Shown here one piece after another: positions 43,636-55,949 of a DNA stretch of 64,000 bases. Position 1 is the first letter of the stretch. Every line of letters starts with the position of its first letter. The position numbers were made by a program, and so were the translations under genes. Source of the DNA: Schmidtea polychroa (taxonomy: Eukaryota); contig CM097885.1 in the NCBI GenBank assembly GCA_044892525.1, positions 212,102,001 to 212,166,000 on the forward strand, given 5' to 3'. The notes below the pieces were generated by a model, which saw only the letters and a program-made list of their open reading frames with translations, was not told where the DNA came from and searched no databases.

Positions 43636-44118
43636 AAAGACATAACCTGCAAGTGTAACAAATGTCTTTATTTGAGTAACAATGACATCGTATGACTCAT
43701 CAATGAGCCATATTTAGATAACAAAGCATCGAGTATATTTTCTATCCAATCGGTATTCTGTTTGGATACATGTTACATATACTTGATGCTTTGTAATTCA
43801 TTTTTCAAATGATCGAGAGGTAATTATTATTTTTGTAAATTAATTATGATTTAAATTTTTTATAATTAAATTTTTTTTGATTTATTTTTTAAAATTTTTA
43901 TGAAACAAGTTTTTATGAAACCAATTTTTATGAAACAAATTTTTATGAAAACAATTTATGAATTATGAAACCAATTTATTAATAATGAAGAAATGGGCAG
44001 TTTTTTCATGAAACCAATTATTATTATTATGTAGCGACACATATTCGGATACAATAATTTTTGCTTTTGCCAAAAAAGAAGTCATTGTTCTAAAAAAAAT
44101 AGATGATTAGTCGAGTGA

Positions 44119-44353
44119 TGAGTCATTGTCTTTGTTTAAAAATGATGAGTCACTGTCTTAAAAAATAATGAGTCATATGTACTTGAATGACCTTGTCGAG
44201 TGATCGGATCAAAAATGTTACTAAAAATAGGTTCAAAATTTTATTAAAAATATGTCTTTGTTATTAAAAAAAGAATGACTTTGATGAGTCAATGATCAGT
44301 CGCGTGGCTTTGAAGAGTCATAACGATGAGTCATCGGGGTATGTGATGACTCA
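44119..44353. promoter_or_regulatory. Cluster of six perfect AP-1-type TGA(G/C)TCA motifs
   Basis: Sites at 44119, 44146, 44169, 44285, 44327 and 44347. Confidence 0.6.
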
Positions 44354-44432
44354 AGACGCACACTTCTATCTACTCTCAACAAATGATAAATTGTAATTAT
44401 ATAATGGCAGTAGAGCAATGAGTAGATAAATA

Positions 44433-44722
44433 CAGTAACTACTCTTTTACCGCCATTTTCTGGAATCCGGCAATTTAATTTTGCAAAAATGAATGTAAAT
44501 AAGTGTGATTTGGTTTAATAATATATTTTATTAATTATTTTTGTTTATAATTTTTGCTATTTTTGTATTAAATATGACTTTGGACAACTGGATAATAAAG
44601 AAATGGAATTTACTAAATATTTTGATAAATTTTATTATTTTTTACTCTAAAAGCCGCCATTTTCTAGAAACCGCCTCCTTTTTTCATAGTCACGTTTTTG
44701 GCGGATAAGAGAGTAGTAACTG
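44433..44722. mobile_element. Tc1/mariner-type MITE (290 bp)
   Basis: TA|CAGTAACTACTC...GAGTAGTAACTG|TA imperfect TIRs with TA TSD. Confidence 0.75.
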
Positions 44723-44999
44723 TAGTTAGATAGATAAGCAAAAACAATGAACTCTAATTAATTGTTTATTGTCAACAATTAATTTTAGTAAACAAAATTT
44801 CAAACCATTTCACTTATTGATATGCTGCAATATCTGTCACATTTCAATCAATGTCATCTCTAAAAATGTGAAAACTAAATTGATTAATGGAATTCGAGAA
44901 ATTCTAATTTAAAATAATTATTAAAATGTTTTCATTACTTTGAATTTTAGATGTAGAGTAATGTTCTATTTAATGGGGGGGAAACAGAAAATTATTGCA

Positions 45000-45770
45000 T
45001 TTCCCTGGCCATTCGAGGCATCTAATCGTTTTGTACTGAAATATTTCATCATGGCTGTTAGAAGACTTTGGAAGCATATAATATATTAATATCAAAAACT
45101 TATTATCCATCCGGAGGAAGTAATTATATTGTAAGTATCTTGAGCAAGATACACACCTCATCAATAACACAATATCGCACCTTTCACATTCAGACATACA
45201 TTACATAATAATCAGACATACAAATTTAACAAGCAATAATATTATTTCAAGCATATATTATTTACAGTTATCCTACACTCCTTCGACACATATCATGGAA
45301 CCGAATCTTGTTGGAAAACTGCTCTATCATTGTTATTAACTTTATTAATACAGTTTTCAATTTTTGTTCTAGTAAGTTTACATATTTTAGAGTATTCATC
45401 ATGCCTTCGACTGGCACAAGAGATCCCGTACCTTTATATGAAAAGCCGCCCCAAAATATTGTCTTTAACGATTTATTCACTATGAGCTGCCATAAGTTTT
45501 TCGTCGTCACTGTTTTCTAAAAAACAAGATCTTTTCTCTTATACAAAAATTGTACTTTCATCAGCACAAATATTTTTTGGCATAAATATCTTTTTTCATA
45601 ATGGCCAATAATTGTTTTTTTCTGTGGACTAATTGCCTTTCACCCACCTTCGATAAGTCTTTTTCAAACACTGGTGTCGTGAATAATAACTCCAGTATAT
45701 GCTAAGTCTTGCTGAAGTTCTTGGTTTGTTTTTCTAGGATTCCATTAACTTACTCGGTGATCACATTAGA
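45000..45770 (-). pseudogene. Tc1-family transposase relic
   Basis: ELQQDL..GVII, ADES, FWGGFSYKGTGSLVPVEGMMNTLKYVNLLE, LEWPG. Confidence 0.8.
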
Positions 45771-46725
45771 TCACCCATGATACATAAAATAAAAAAGACC
45801 AGATATTTTGCTATAATGTTTGACGGGACTTCCGATATCTCTAACACTGAGCAAATGACTCAAGTGATTCGATATATTGACATCGAAGATACGGATTGTT
45901 ATGGAGGTTATTGTTGTTATTGTTGTTAATTAATTATTGTTTTTATTGTTATTATTGTTAATTATGTTATTTTGGAGGAGAATTTGAAGAGCCCGAAAGA
46001 GTCACCGTTAAAACTTGTAGCGGGACAATCGGAGTGCGTGTTATGTTCAAAATGTAAGATTTACAAACAATATAAAGTTATAGATATAATACAAAACAAT
46101 AATAAATGTTACAACTTTTAAAATTTATTACAACAAAGAAATAAAACCTCGTATCTATCTTGGATGTTCTTGAAATATACTTCCAAATATTTTCTTTGAT
46201 TTTCTTTCTGTACAATAAACTCTACTTAAAAGTCTTTGATAAAGAAATGAATTTTCAGTTCTCAAAACTAATACAAATTATCGTTTCCATATTCTATTCG
46301 TCATTGATTTTTTTAATTTTTCAATTTTCTTTTAACTATAGCGATAATTTACTATAGTAAATTATCGCTATATAGTTTATTTTTAAAAATCTGGATTTCC
46401 CAGATGGTAATATTTTATATTTTAGTATACACAATTCCTAATTGTGAATACTAAAATATTAACAAAAATAACTGTACATTACATAACTTCCCCCTTTAAA
46501 ACCGGAGGTTAACATGAATCAATAAAAAGTACGTAAAAAAAATTACATTCAATAACCTTTTTTTTCGTATGTTTTATATGTTTTTGTGTTTTTTTTTTCT
46601 GTTTCTTTGTATCTACAACTTCAATAAAATTAAAAATTTACATTTTGTTTTGTATTTACAAGAAAAATAAAAACTGTACAATTAACGCTGTTTGTGCGTG
46701 TGTTTGTTTGTGTATGTTTGTGTTT

Positions 46726-49700
46726 TTATTTAAAGCATTCGCTGTAACGTTTTTTGTATAGTGGAGCCAGTATTGTGTCTTTATCGAATATTTTGATTGA
46801 ATTTTTGTGGTTGAATGTGATGTTTTTGTGAATTGGTTGTTTTTTTGTTTGTGTTTGGGTTTGTGTTTTGTCTTGCGGTGAGTTGTTTTGTGGGTTTTTG
46901 TTTTGGTGATAGGGTTTTATTCGTCTTATGTTTATTTTCATTTTGTTGTTGTCTTTGATTATTGTGGCGACGTTTTTGTTAATTTCTAGGAGTTTGAATG
47001 GACCCTCGTATTTGGATTCGAATCCTTTTGTGAATGGTTTTTTTATTAAGATGAAATCTGTTGTTAATACTATTTTTCCGTCTAATTCGGAGTCCGGTCT
47101 TCTTTTTAAAATTCCTTTTGGTTTCTGTTCGGTGGTTTCGCTATTTTTGTTTGTTATTTGTTTGCTGTTTTCGGTGTTTTTGTTTGTATCTGATTTAAGT
47201 GATGGCGAGTTTGTTGCTTTTCCGAAAATTTTGTATGCTGGACTTTCATTATCTGTTGAATTTGGGCTATTTCTTAGTCCGATTAATATTGTTGGAAGTT
47301 GGTTTAACCAGTTTTGGTCATTGGCTTTTGTCCTGATGCTTTCTTTTAATGTTCTGTGAAACCGTTCGATTTTCCCATTTGATTGTGGGTTGTAAGCTGT
47401 TGTTCGATTTCTTTTGATATTGTATTTATTGCACAGTATTTTGAACATTTCTGATTCGAATTGTCTGCCTTGATCAGTTATGATTGTTTTCGGTTGGCCG
47501 TAACGAGCTATCCAGTTTAGTTCGATCATTTCGCAGATATTTTTTGCTGTGATTTCTTTTATTGGGATCGCTTCGAACCAATTGGTTTTTCTGTCTATAA
47601 TTGTTAGTAGATATTTGTAGTTGTCGTTTGGTGGTAGTGGTCCTACTACGTCTGTGTGTATTGTTTCAAACGCTTCACTGCTTGGGAAGTTTACTTTTTG
47701 TGTTTTAGGTTTTTTTGTTGTTTTATTTAATTGGCAGCTGTGGCAACTTTTGACGTAATTCTTGATGTCTTCCCGCATGTGAGGCCATACATATTTGTTA
47801 TGTATTAACTCGAATGTTATTTTGTTTCCCGGATGATTGATAGTATGTATCTTTTTTATGCAGTCTTGTCGGAGTTCTTCGGGTAGTAGGATTCGTTTGT
47901 TGCTTTCGTTGGAGACATCGTGCCATATTCCGTCGAGTTCCTGTAGTTTCAGGCTGTGTTTAGTAGGCAGTTTGCTTAATGTATCGGTTTGTCTGGATTT
48001 GATTTGATCCAATTCAATTATTTCTCCGAATTCTAGGGCATTTATGTCACTTTCAATTCTGGATAGAGCATCTGCTGCTATGTTTGATTTTCCTGCTACG
48101 TAGTTTATTGTGCAGTTGAATTGTGAAATGAAATTGATTTGTCTGATCTGCCTTGGTGAAGGGTTTTTCATTTCTATTGCATTTGTTAGCGGTTTGTGGT
48201 CTGTGAATATTTTGAAGGTTCGTCCTTCGAGTAAATGTTGAAAGTGTTTGATTGCTTCGTGTATTGCTAGGAGTTCTCTGTCAAATGTTGAGTATCTTGT
48301 TTGATGTGATTTTAGTTTTTTCGAGAAAAATCCCAATGGTTGTTTGCCGAATTTATTTTCCTGGAAAATTGTTGCGCCCATTGCAAAACCAGAACAGTCT
48401 GTAGTTAGTTGATACTCTAGTTCTGGATCTGGGTAACCGAGTAGTGTTGCCGTTGATAGGCTTTCTTTGGCTTTATTGAATGTGTCGGTTGTTTGTTGTG
48501 TCCAGTTTATTGTTACGTTTCGTTTGGTTTTGATAATGTCGTTTAGTGGTGCCAGTAGGTTGCTGCAATTTGGGATGTAAGAATGATAAAAGTTTACCAT
48601 TCCTAGAAATCTCCTCAACTCTCTTGTGTTTGTCGGCAGTTTGTAGTTTTTTATATTGTTTATTTTGTTTTCTATTGGTTGTGTTCCTTTGTCGTTTAGC
48701 GTGTGACCAAGGAAATTTATTTCCGTTTTCATAAATTCGCACTTTTGAGTGTTTATTTTTAGTTTTGCATTGTCCAGCGTTTTGAACACTTTTTCCACGT
48801 CCTTTAGATGTGTTTCTTTGTCTGGGCTTGTTATTAGGATGTCGTCCAGATAAGCGATTGTGTTTTTGTTGTTTTTCATTGTTTGATCCATGAATCGTTG
48901 GAAAGTTGCTGCGGCATTTCGTAGACCGAAAGGCATTCGGTTGTATTCGAACATGCCGATCGGTGTTGTTATTGCTGTCTTTTTTATGTCTTCTTTTCTA
49001 ATTGGGATCTGATGATATGCTTTTTGTAGGTCAATTTTTGAAAAATATTTTGCGCCATTTAGTCGATTTATTATGTCTTTTATTATCGGTAATGGATAGC
49101 TGTCGGGCTCTGTTATTTTGTTCAGGAGTCTGTAATCGCCACAAGCTCTCCATTCCCCGTTAGCTTTTTGTTTTAGCATCAGTGCTGAAGACCATTCTGA
49201 GTTTGAATGTTTTACTATATTATTTTCCAACAGTTCGTTAAATATATTTTTTGTGATTTCTATTTTTTTTGGATCCAGTGGTCTTACTTTTGAGTGGACT
49301 GGGTTTCAGTTTGTCAGTATTGCGTGTTCAGTAGTGTGGTTTGAATTTCCATCGAAAGTTACTGGTTCGCAGAGTTTATCGTATTTTGCCAGTAGTGTGA
49401 CTATTTCTTGTACGTGTTCAATAGTTTTAATTGTTTTGATAGTTGGTCTACTTGTTTGAATCACGCCGATGTCTACTTTCGAAAAGTTTGATGTTGTGTT
49501 CCTGGCTGTTTCTTTGTCTGTTTTGTTGTTTTCGACTATTTTCTTGTTTCGACAGTCCACTATTAGGTTGTAATTTGCTAAGAAATCGGCCCCGATTATT
49601 GACTGTTGTACTTCTGCGATTGTGAATGGCCAACTGTATTTTTTTGAATTTATTGTGAGTGTTATTGTATATTGGCCAAATGTTTTAATTTTGGAGCCAT

Positions 49701-49875
49701 TGGCAGCGGTTAGTGACTTTTCTGTAGTTTTTGCATTTGTGTATAAGTAGTGTGGTAATAGGGAGATCACGGAACCTGTGTCGATTAGAAAATCTGTATT
49801 GTTTGAATGCACCGTGAAAGTATTATTGTTGTCACCAAATGTGGGTGCTATCAATGGTGACATTTTTAGTTTTCC
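46726..49875 (-). pseudogene. pol: Gypsy Pol (PR-RT-RH-IN) with a single in-frame TGA at 49306-49308
   Basis: FLIDTGS, IIGADFL, YLDD, TDCSG, HTDVVGPLP, TDQG, GKIERFH, EGPF. The PR and RT ORFs share a frame (ILTN*NPVHSKVRPL). Confidence 0.92.
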
Positions 49876-51041
49876 TGCTCTGTTTTGTGGAATTCGCAGG
49901 GTTTTATGCATTTATATGCTTTGTCGCCAAATTTGTTATGAAAGTAGCAGTGGTTTTTGTTTAGGAAATCTTTTCTTGAATTCCTTTCTGGGCTGCTATT
50001 TCGGTAATTGTTGTATCGATTTGGTGAGTTTGACCGGTTTCTGTAGTGACCGTTTGGGGATTGTCTGTGGCTGTAGTTCTGTCTATTGTTTTCGTTGGGT
50101 GGTCGGTCGTAGTTTTGTCTGTTATGATTGTATGATAGTTGGTCTGTGTTAAAATTGTTTCTGTTGAATAGGTCTCTGTTTTCGTTTGGATTGAAATTTT
50201 GCCTGTTGTATTTCTCTTTTATTTCGGCTAGTTCCGCTTTTATTTGTCTGTTTTCGACAATTATTTCGTCGAATTTGCTGATCAAAGTGTTTATTAATCG
50301 GTTTGTTGTTTCATTTGGTTCTGTGTTTTTGTTGGTTGGTTGGGTGTTGTGATTAGTTTTGTTTCTGTTGTAGTTTTGTGTGCTGCATATAGTAGGATAA
50401 ATTTCTTCATTGATTTTATCTGCTATGTCTGCTAGCGTTTCTACGTCCGAATTGCTACTGGCTGCGAGGATACGTCTTATTTCGGGCGGCATTGCTCGCA
50501 TGAAAAATTCTTTTACTAATTCGTTTGATCCCGAATTAGTGATGTTTGGTTGGAGGTACTCCAATTTTTGTTTTAGTTGGCGAAGGAAATCTGTTGGTTT
50601 ATCGTCGCCAAGTTGTGTGTTGTTGAGACATGATTCCAGCATTTGCCTCCTGTTGATTTTGTTTTTGTTTGTTAGGACGTTGCAAAGCTTGTTGAACGGG
50701 TCTTCGCTCTTTGAAATTTCCTCAATTTGGTCAGCTATTTCGTTCAATTTGCTACTTGGGAGTGCAGCGATAATGTTTGAACATAGCGTTTTCGTTGACT
50801 TTATTCCCGATAGGGTTAGGGTTAATTTAGCAAATTCAAGCCATTTTTGGGGTGTCCCATTTTCGTCACTAAAGTAGTTTGGGATGTTTGTTCTTGGGTT
50901 AATTACTGAGTTTATGGTGTGTGTATTATCTGTGCTAGTGTTTGGGTTATAGTAGTAATTCATATTTTCCATCATGTGTGTGTTTTCAGTATTATTGGGT
51001 GGTTGTGAAATGTTTGTTGGATTTGTTTGGTTTGATGCCAT
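49866..51041 (-). CDS. gag: Gypsy Gag (391 aa)
   Basis: C-terminal CYFHNKFGDKAYKCIKPC motif. -1 slippery G GAA AAC (49869-49875) immediately before the stop. Confidence 0.9.
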   Translation of the reverse strand: MASNQTNPTNISQPPNNTENTHMMENMNYYYNPNTSTDNTHTINSVINPRTNIPNYFSDENGTPQKWLEFAKLTLTLSGIKSTKTLCSNIIAALPSSKLNEIADQIEEISKSEDPFNKLCNVLTNKNKINRRQMLESCLNNTQLGDDKPTDFLRQLKQKLEYLQPNITNSGSNELVKEFFMRAMPPEIRRILAASSNSDVETLADIADKINEEIYPTICSTQNYNRNKTNHNTQPTNKNTEPNETTNRLINTLISKFDEIIVENRQIKAELAEIKEKYNRQNFNPNENRDLFNRNNFNTDQLSYNHNRQNYDRPPNENNRQNYSHRQSPNGHYRNRSNSPNRYNNYRNSSPERNSRKDFLNKNHCYFHNKFGDKAYKCIKPCEFHKTEQEN

Positions 51042-54000
51042 TAATTGGTTTGTTGATGTTTTTTTTATTGCTTGTTGTGTTACAAAAAATGAGATTGTTC
51101 AAGGATATGGCTTACTGTGTTCAGCCAAAAGAGTCACTATCCTTTATACTTCTATAATAAGTATGCTGAAAGGCGTAGTGATTGAAAAAAATCGTCGAAT
51201 GCGAGTGTCGTGTTGTGTATATTTTTTCTTCTGACACCAGTTGTTATGGAGGTTATTGTTGTTAATTAATTATTGTTTTTATTGTTATTATTGTTAATTA
51301 TGTTATTTTGGAGGAGAATTTGAAGAGCCCGAAAGAGTCACCGTTAAAACTTGTAGCGGGACAATCGGAGTGCGTGTTATGTTCAAAATGTAAGATTTAC
51401 AAACAATATAAAGTTATAGATATAATACAAAACAATAATAAATGTTACAACTTTTAAAATTTATTACAACAAAGAAATAAAACCTCGTATCTATCTTGGA
51501 TGTTCTTGAAATATACTTCCAAATATTTTCTTTGATTTTCTTTCTGTACAATAAACTCTACTTAAAAGTCTTTGATAAAGAAATGAATTTTCAGTTCTCA
51601 AAACTAATACAAATTATCGTTTCCATATTCTATTCGTCATTGATTTTTTTAATTTTTCAATTTTCTTTTAACTATAGCGATAATTTACTATAGTAAATTA
51701 TCGCTATATAGTTTATTTTTAAAAATCTGGATTTCCCAGATGGTAATATTTTATATTTTAGTATACACAATTCCTAATTGTGAATACTAAAATATTAACA
51801 AAAATAACTGTACATTACACGGATGTTTGATTGGTAGAGTATTTCATTTACTTTATTCAGTTACATGATAAATCATCTGATGTTATCTCAGAACTGATTT
51901 GTGAAAAGTTGCACGCAAACAGCCTTAAGCTGGAAAATTGCTACGGACAAGGCTACAACAATCCTCCACCTATGGCTGGACAAATTTCTAGTGTACAGAA
52001 ACGAATATTGGATATGAATCCCAATGCACTATTTGTTCCTTGTAATAATCACTCACTCAATCATGCAACTGGTGTTGGTGCACATTCTGTTACTTTCTTC
52101 AGCACTGTTGAAAAGTTGTACTCATTATTCTCTAGCTCCATTCATAGGTGGGATGTTCTTAAGGAAAATGTTCCAATTGACGTAGAGAGCGTGTGAAACG
52201 AGATGGAGTTCGAAGCATCAAGGTGTACACGTACTTGCTGAGCATACCGAGGAAATAATAGAAGCATTAGAAGTATTGAGAGATGGGCCAAAAGAAACCA
52301 AGAATGAAGCAGGGAGTCTGTTACTTTGTACCGTGATCTATCCTTTTTTCTCATTCTTGCATTTCTGGAGTCCAATACTAACCGAAGTGAATGATCCTCA
52401 GATCTACCTGCAGCAACAGTGACTTGATCAATGTGTGCAAAAACTGATTTTGCCAGGAACAACGAGATTGTTTAGTGTCAGAGGCAATGGAAAAGCTCTG
52501 CAGATATGCTAAACTTACGAAATTTCGACAGAGAGAAGAGTTGGATGGCGTAAAAAGAGTTCTGGCAAGCTTAGTTGTGATACCGTTTTGACCTAGTACA
52601 AGCGATTCGCAGAAAACAACTAGAAGCAATTGATCGACTTTACGTTGAAATTACAAAACGGACAACATAGATGAATACACTTTACGAACGATTTGCGTTC
52701 CTACAAATCCAAATATTGTTGGATACTGACAAAGAAGAAAAAATTCACTTCACTTGTACTAAGTATACCGAGTTAAATGCCGCAACTATGACTGCTGAAT
52801 TTAAACGCCTTCGGCGCCATTTTATCTTATATGAACAAATTTCTCACTGGGCAGCTTTAGATTTGCTTCGGTGGATTAACAAGTGGAAGTTGCAAGAGAG
52901 TTTGGCTAATTTGGTTGTGATATTAAGAATTTTTTTAACCGTTACTTTATCAATTACCAGTTGTGAAAGAAGTTTCTCAAAAATTAAATTAATAAAAATA
53001 TTTCACAGATCCACAATGAGCCAGGAAAGATTGAATAACCTAGCAATACTTTCAATAGAGAGATTTCATTGTAGATTTCAATATTGTTATAGGAAAATTT
53101 ACACCGATTAAAGACAGGCGATTTTAAATAAATTTGATTGCTTACTTTAATTCTACTTTAATATCTGAACTACTTGAATAACTGACAAAATTTAATAAAT
53201 AACTTAGTAATTTTTGTAAATAGGAGTAGCTAGTTGTAAGGGATCCAATACTACACTAAAATTCTTGTGCAGGCAAGCCATGAAGGGACTGCTACGGGTG
53301 AATCATGCTTGCCTTGCCCCGGGCGCTGGTAACCCACGTTACGCCACTGGTAAAAAATGTAAAACATTGACGATAGTCGACTTGTTAATCTTTTGTTAGC
53401 ATTTATAAATAAATTTTTCAGTTATAATTTATTCAAATTTATTTTGTTAAATGATTTATTTTATTTAAATCAAATAAAATAGAAAAAACACAGTGACAGT
53501 GTGTCAATATAAAATGAAACAATTGTATTTTATTTAAAATTTTTGACTGGATAATTTAATTTGTAAACGAGTGATGATGAAAGATCCCTATAAAAAGGAG
53601 CCAAAATACAGTCGAATTGTTATAACAGCCGAAGGAAGGAACAATTAGTAAACAACAGAGAAAAGTGACATCCAGCGAGACATTTTCTAAGTTGTTATAT
53701 AAAATTTGTTCAGCTTGAAGCAGTTTTCAGTAGAGTTCCTTGTCCCTAAAATCAAGTGAAGCTGGTTTGTTTGTTAGTGAAAAGTGTAACAGTTGTAATT
53801 TCTTGTGTAAAAAAAATTAGAGTGCTGTTTTTAATTTGGCGCACTCCTAAAACATATACTACGAAAAAAGATATTTATAAAACATCGAATGTAAAAAATT
53901 CAACCCCTAAAATTTACATAAGAAAATATTCTCGTAGTCGCGTATTTGACTTAATTAAAATTAAGGTTTATAGAAAATATAATTTGTCGATTTCATTTTT

Positions 54001-54489
54001 TTCTTAATTAATAATAAAAAAGAAATTGAATAAATGCCCTGGTTTGCAGGCACGTCCTCTGATCATCTAAAAAATAGTTAAGCATTATTAGTTAAATAAA
54101 TATTACCTTAATTATTGATTACTTAATAATTAATTCGATTTTATAGATCTGTTTTAAAAGTCGATGTATTAGAACTCGTTTAAATAGGGTGACCTGTTTT
54201 AATTTGATCAAAAACACGAGGAGTTTCACCACAAACTATTTCCTATCGATTAGTTATACTACCTCTACAATTTAACCAAATTCTGACTGAATTTAACTAA
54301 TTTTATTCATTTGTAAACTTTTTAAAAATTTTCGTTTCACTTGTTTTTGTAAAATTATCTTGAAATTCTAAATTTTTACATCAAAATTCATATTAATTAC
54401 ATCCATATTTTAGAAACAAAACAAAACTATATTTTTTAAAAACAACACAAAATCTCTCTTATATAAACAATCTTTGTTTTTAGCTTAGA

Positions 54490-55206
54490 TAAGGTGACCA
54501 ACTATTTTTTGTTCAAAAAGAGTACACTTTGCAAGTATTTCATAGGTGATAAAAAAGAAAAACGATAAAAACTTTATTTTCTTTTAAATACGCTGGTTAC
54601 GATAGACTCACATTTTGTTCGCGCACAAGAAAATTTTTCGTCACAAAATTTTTTTAATAATTTAGTAGTATTAATGCTGCGAAAACTTTGATTATGGATT
54701 ATTGTGTGAAAAGCGAAAGTACCCTCCATAACTTCCAATTTTTTTTCATTAGTTCCAAAAGTATTCCCTTTAAAAAATGTTGTTAGTTTGGATGTTGACG
54801 CTGCTGTGTCATGAGACGTTTTATGTACTTTAGTTTCAATGTGTGCCGTCCATGAATTGCAATTGAAAATTCTCTATTGCAGATTGTGCATTTAACCAAT
54901 GAATCATCATTTCCATTTTAATCTACAATGAACGGAAACTTTTATTAAATTTTCATTTAAACGATTTTTCCTTTTGTTATCGCTCATATTTGAATTAATA
55001 ATCTAAAAATTATATTATAAAATAATATTTGTACACAAGCAATAAATAGATATTTTATATTTTAATTTTCAATCATTCTTAAATATATTTAATTTATTAT
55101 TTTAATTTATAATTTTATTATCTACTTTTATTATATTATTTAAATCTATTTAAATCAGGAAATTAAATACTAATTCTATTTAATTACTTTCACATAGGTC
55201 ACCCAT
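54490..55206 (-). mobile_element. Non-autonomous hAT deletion derivative
   Basis: Imperfect GGTGACC/GGTCACC ends. Relic zinc finger VKCTICNREFSI and EGTFAFHT..FSCARTKCESIV. Confidence 0.6.
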
Positions 55207-55949
55207 GATAATGAACTATACGGGTGACGTATTAGGGTTGGGCCAACAGAGATTGGAGGAAATAACATAATTCAGAAAATAAATTAAAAAATTTACAATT
55301 ACTATAAATAGAATTTAGATATAAATAGCAATATTTAACTACAAAAATAGGATTAGCAATTATTTAAATAAAAATAGTTTAAAAAGGTAATTAATTATTA
55401 CTAATTTTAGAAAAATATTAATTAACTTTAATTATGTATAAAATCAGACATAACTGACTACAATTTCTTAGCGATATCTCACACGAATGAGTTTTGTGTA
55501 ATTTGGGCGAATTTTTGGAGTCCAGTATAAATACCAAGAGTATTTGGTAAAGTAAACAGAAATAGTTTTCCAGTGTTAAGAAAATCGAGCAGAGATAGAA
55601 TCTTTATTGAAAAGTTCAAGTGTTGGAAATTTAAACCGAAGGAGATTATTAATTGGATAAATTCGAAAGGAATATTTTTGATCCTACAGGTATTAGCTTT
55701 CATTAGAAGTTCCTTGACCACCCACCAAAATAAATTACAGCGTATTCCATTTTAAGTGCTGAAAGTAAGTGCCATCCAAAATGTTACTATATGATGCTAT
55801 AATGAATAATTTGACAAATAAATACAAATCACAAATATTAGATTATTTATTAAAACAAGAAAGGATGCAATATATTTGTGATGAATGCCATTAAAGCTAT
55901 TAATCTTAGTCATTCCTGAAACAAAATAAGTTTGAAAGAAGTAAGTATT

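Larger units (their letters stand above)
45897..51819 (-). mobile_element. Near-intact Ty3/gypsy LTR retrotransposon (5.9 kb)
   Basis: LTRs 45897-46483 and 51242-51819 (TGT..ACA; only a 9-bp indel seen). Perfect 5-bp TSD CGGAT. PBS TGGTGTCAGAAG (tRNA-Leu type, 51228-51239). PPT AAAGGGGGAAG (46487-46497). Confidence 0.97.
45795..53349 (+). mobile_element. hAT (ZMYM1-like) transposon relic interrupted by the gypsy insertion
   Basis: YFAIMFDGTSDISNTEQMTQVIRYID (about 45800-45895) resumes after 51824 (GQGY..VQKRIL..FVPCNNHSLN). Dimerisation motif CERSFSKIKLIK..RSTMSQERLNNLAILSIE. Terminal GTTACGCCACTG at 53338-53349. Confidence 0.88.

Noticed and set aside
43056-43661. ORFs spanning the N run
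   Set aside because: Artefacts of the assembly gap.
20666-49308. Idea that TGA is recoded as a sense codon, since two otherwise intact ORFs each have one in-frame TGA (20666 and 49306)
   Set aside because: The LTR ORF terminates at TGA right before its 3' UTR, and neither site has a readthrough-favouring context. Single nonsense mutations are simpler.
46160-51693. Identical 65-aa ORFs in the two gypsy LTRs (46160-46357, 51496-51693)
   Set aside because: TTG start, antisense to the element, low-complexity F/I/L composition.
55479-55755. Coding-like stretch 3' of MMACHC
   Set aside because: No frame gives a recognisable protein; left unassigned.
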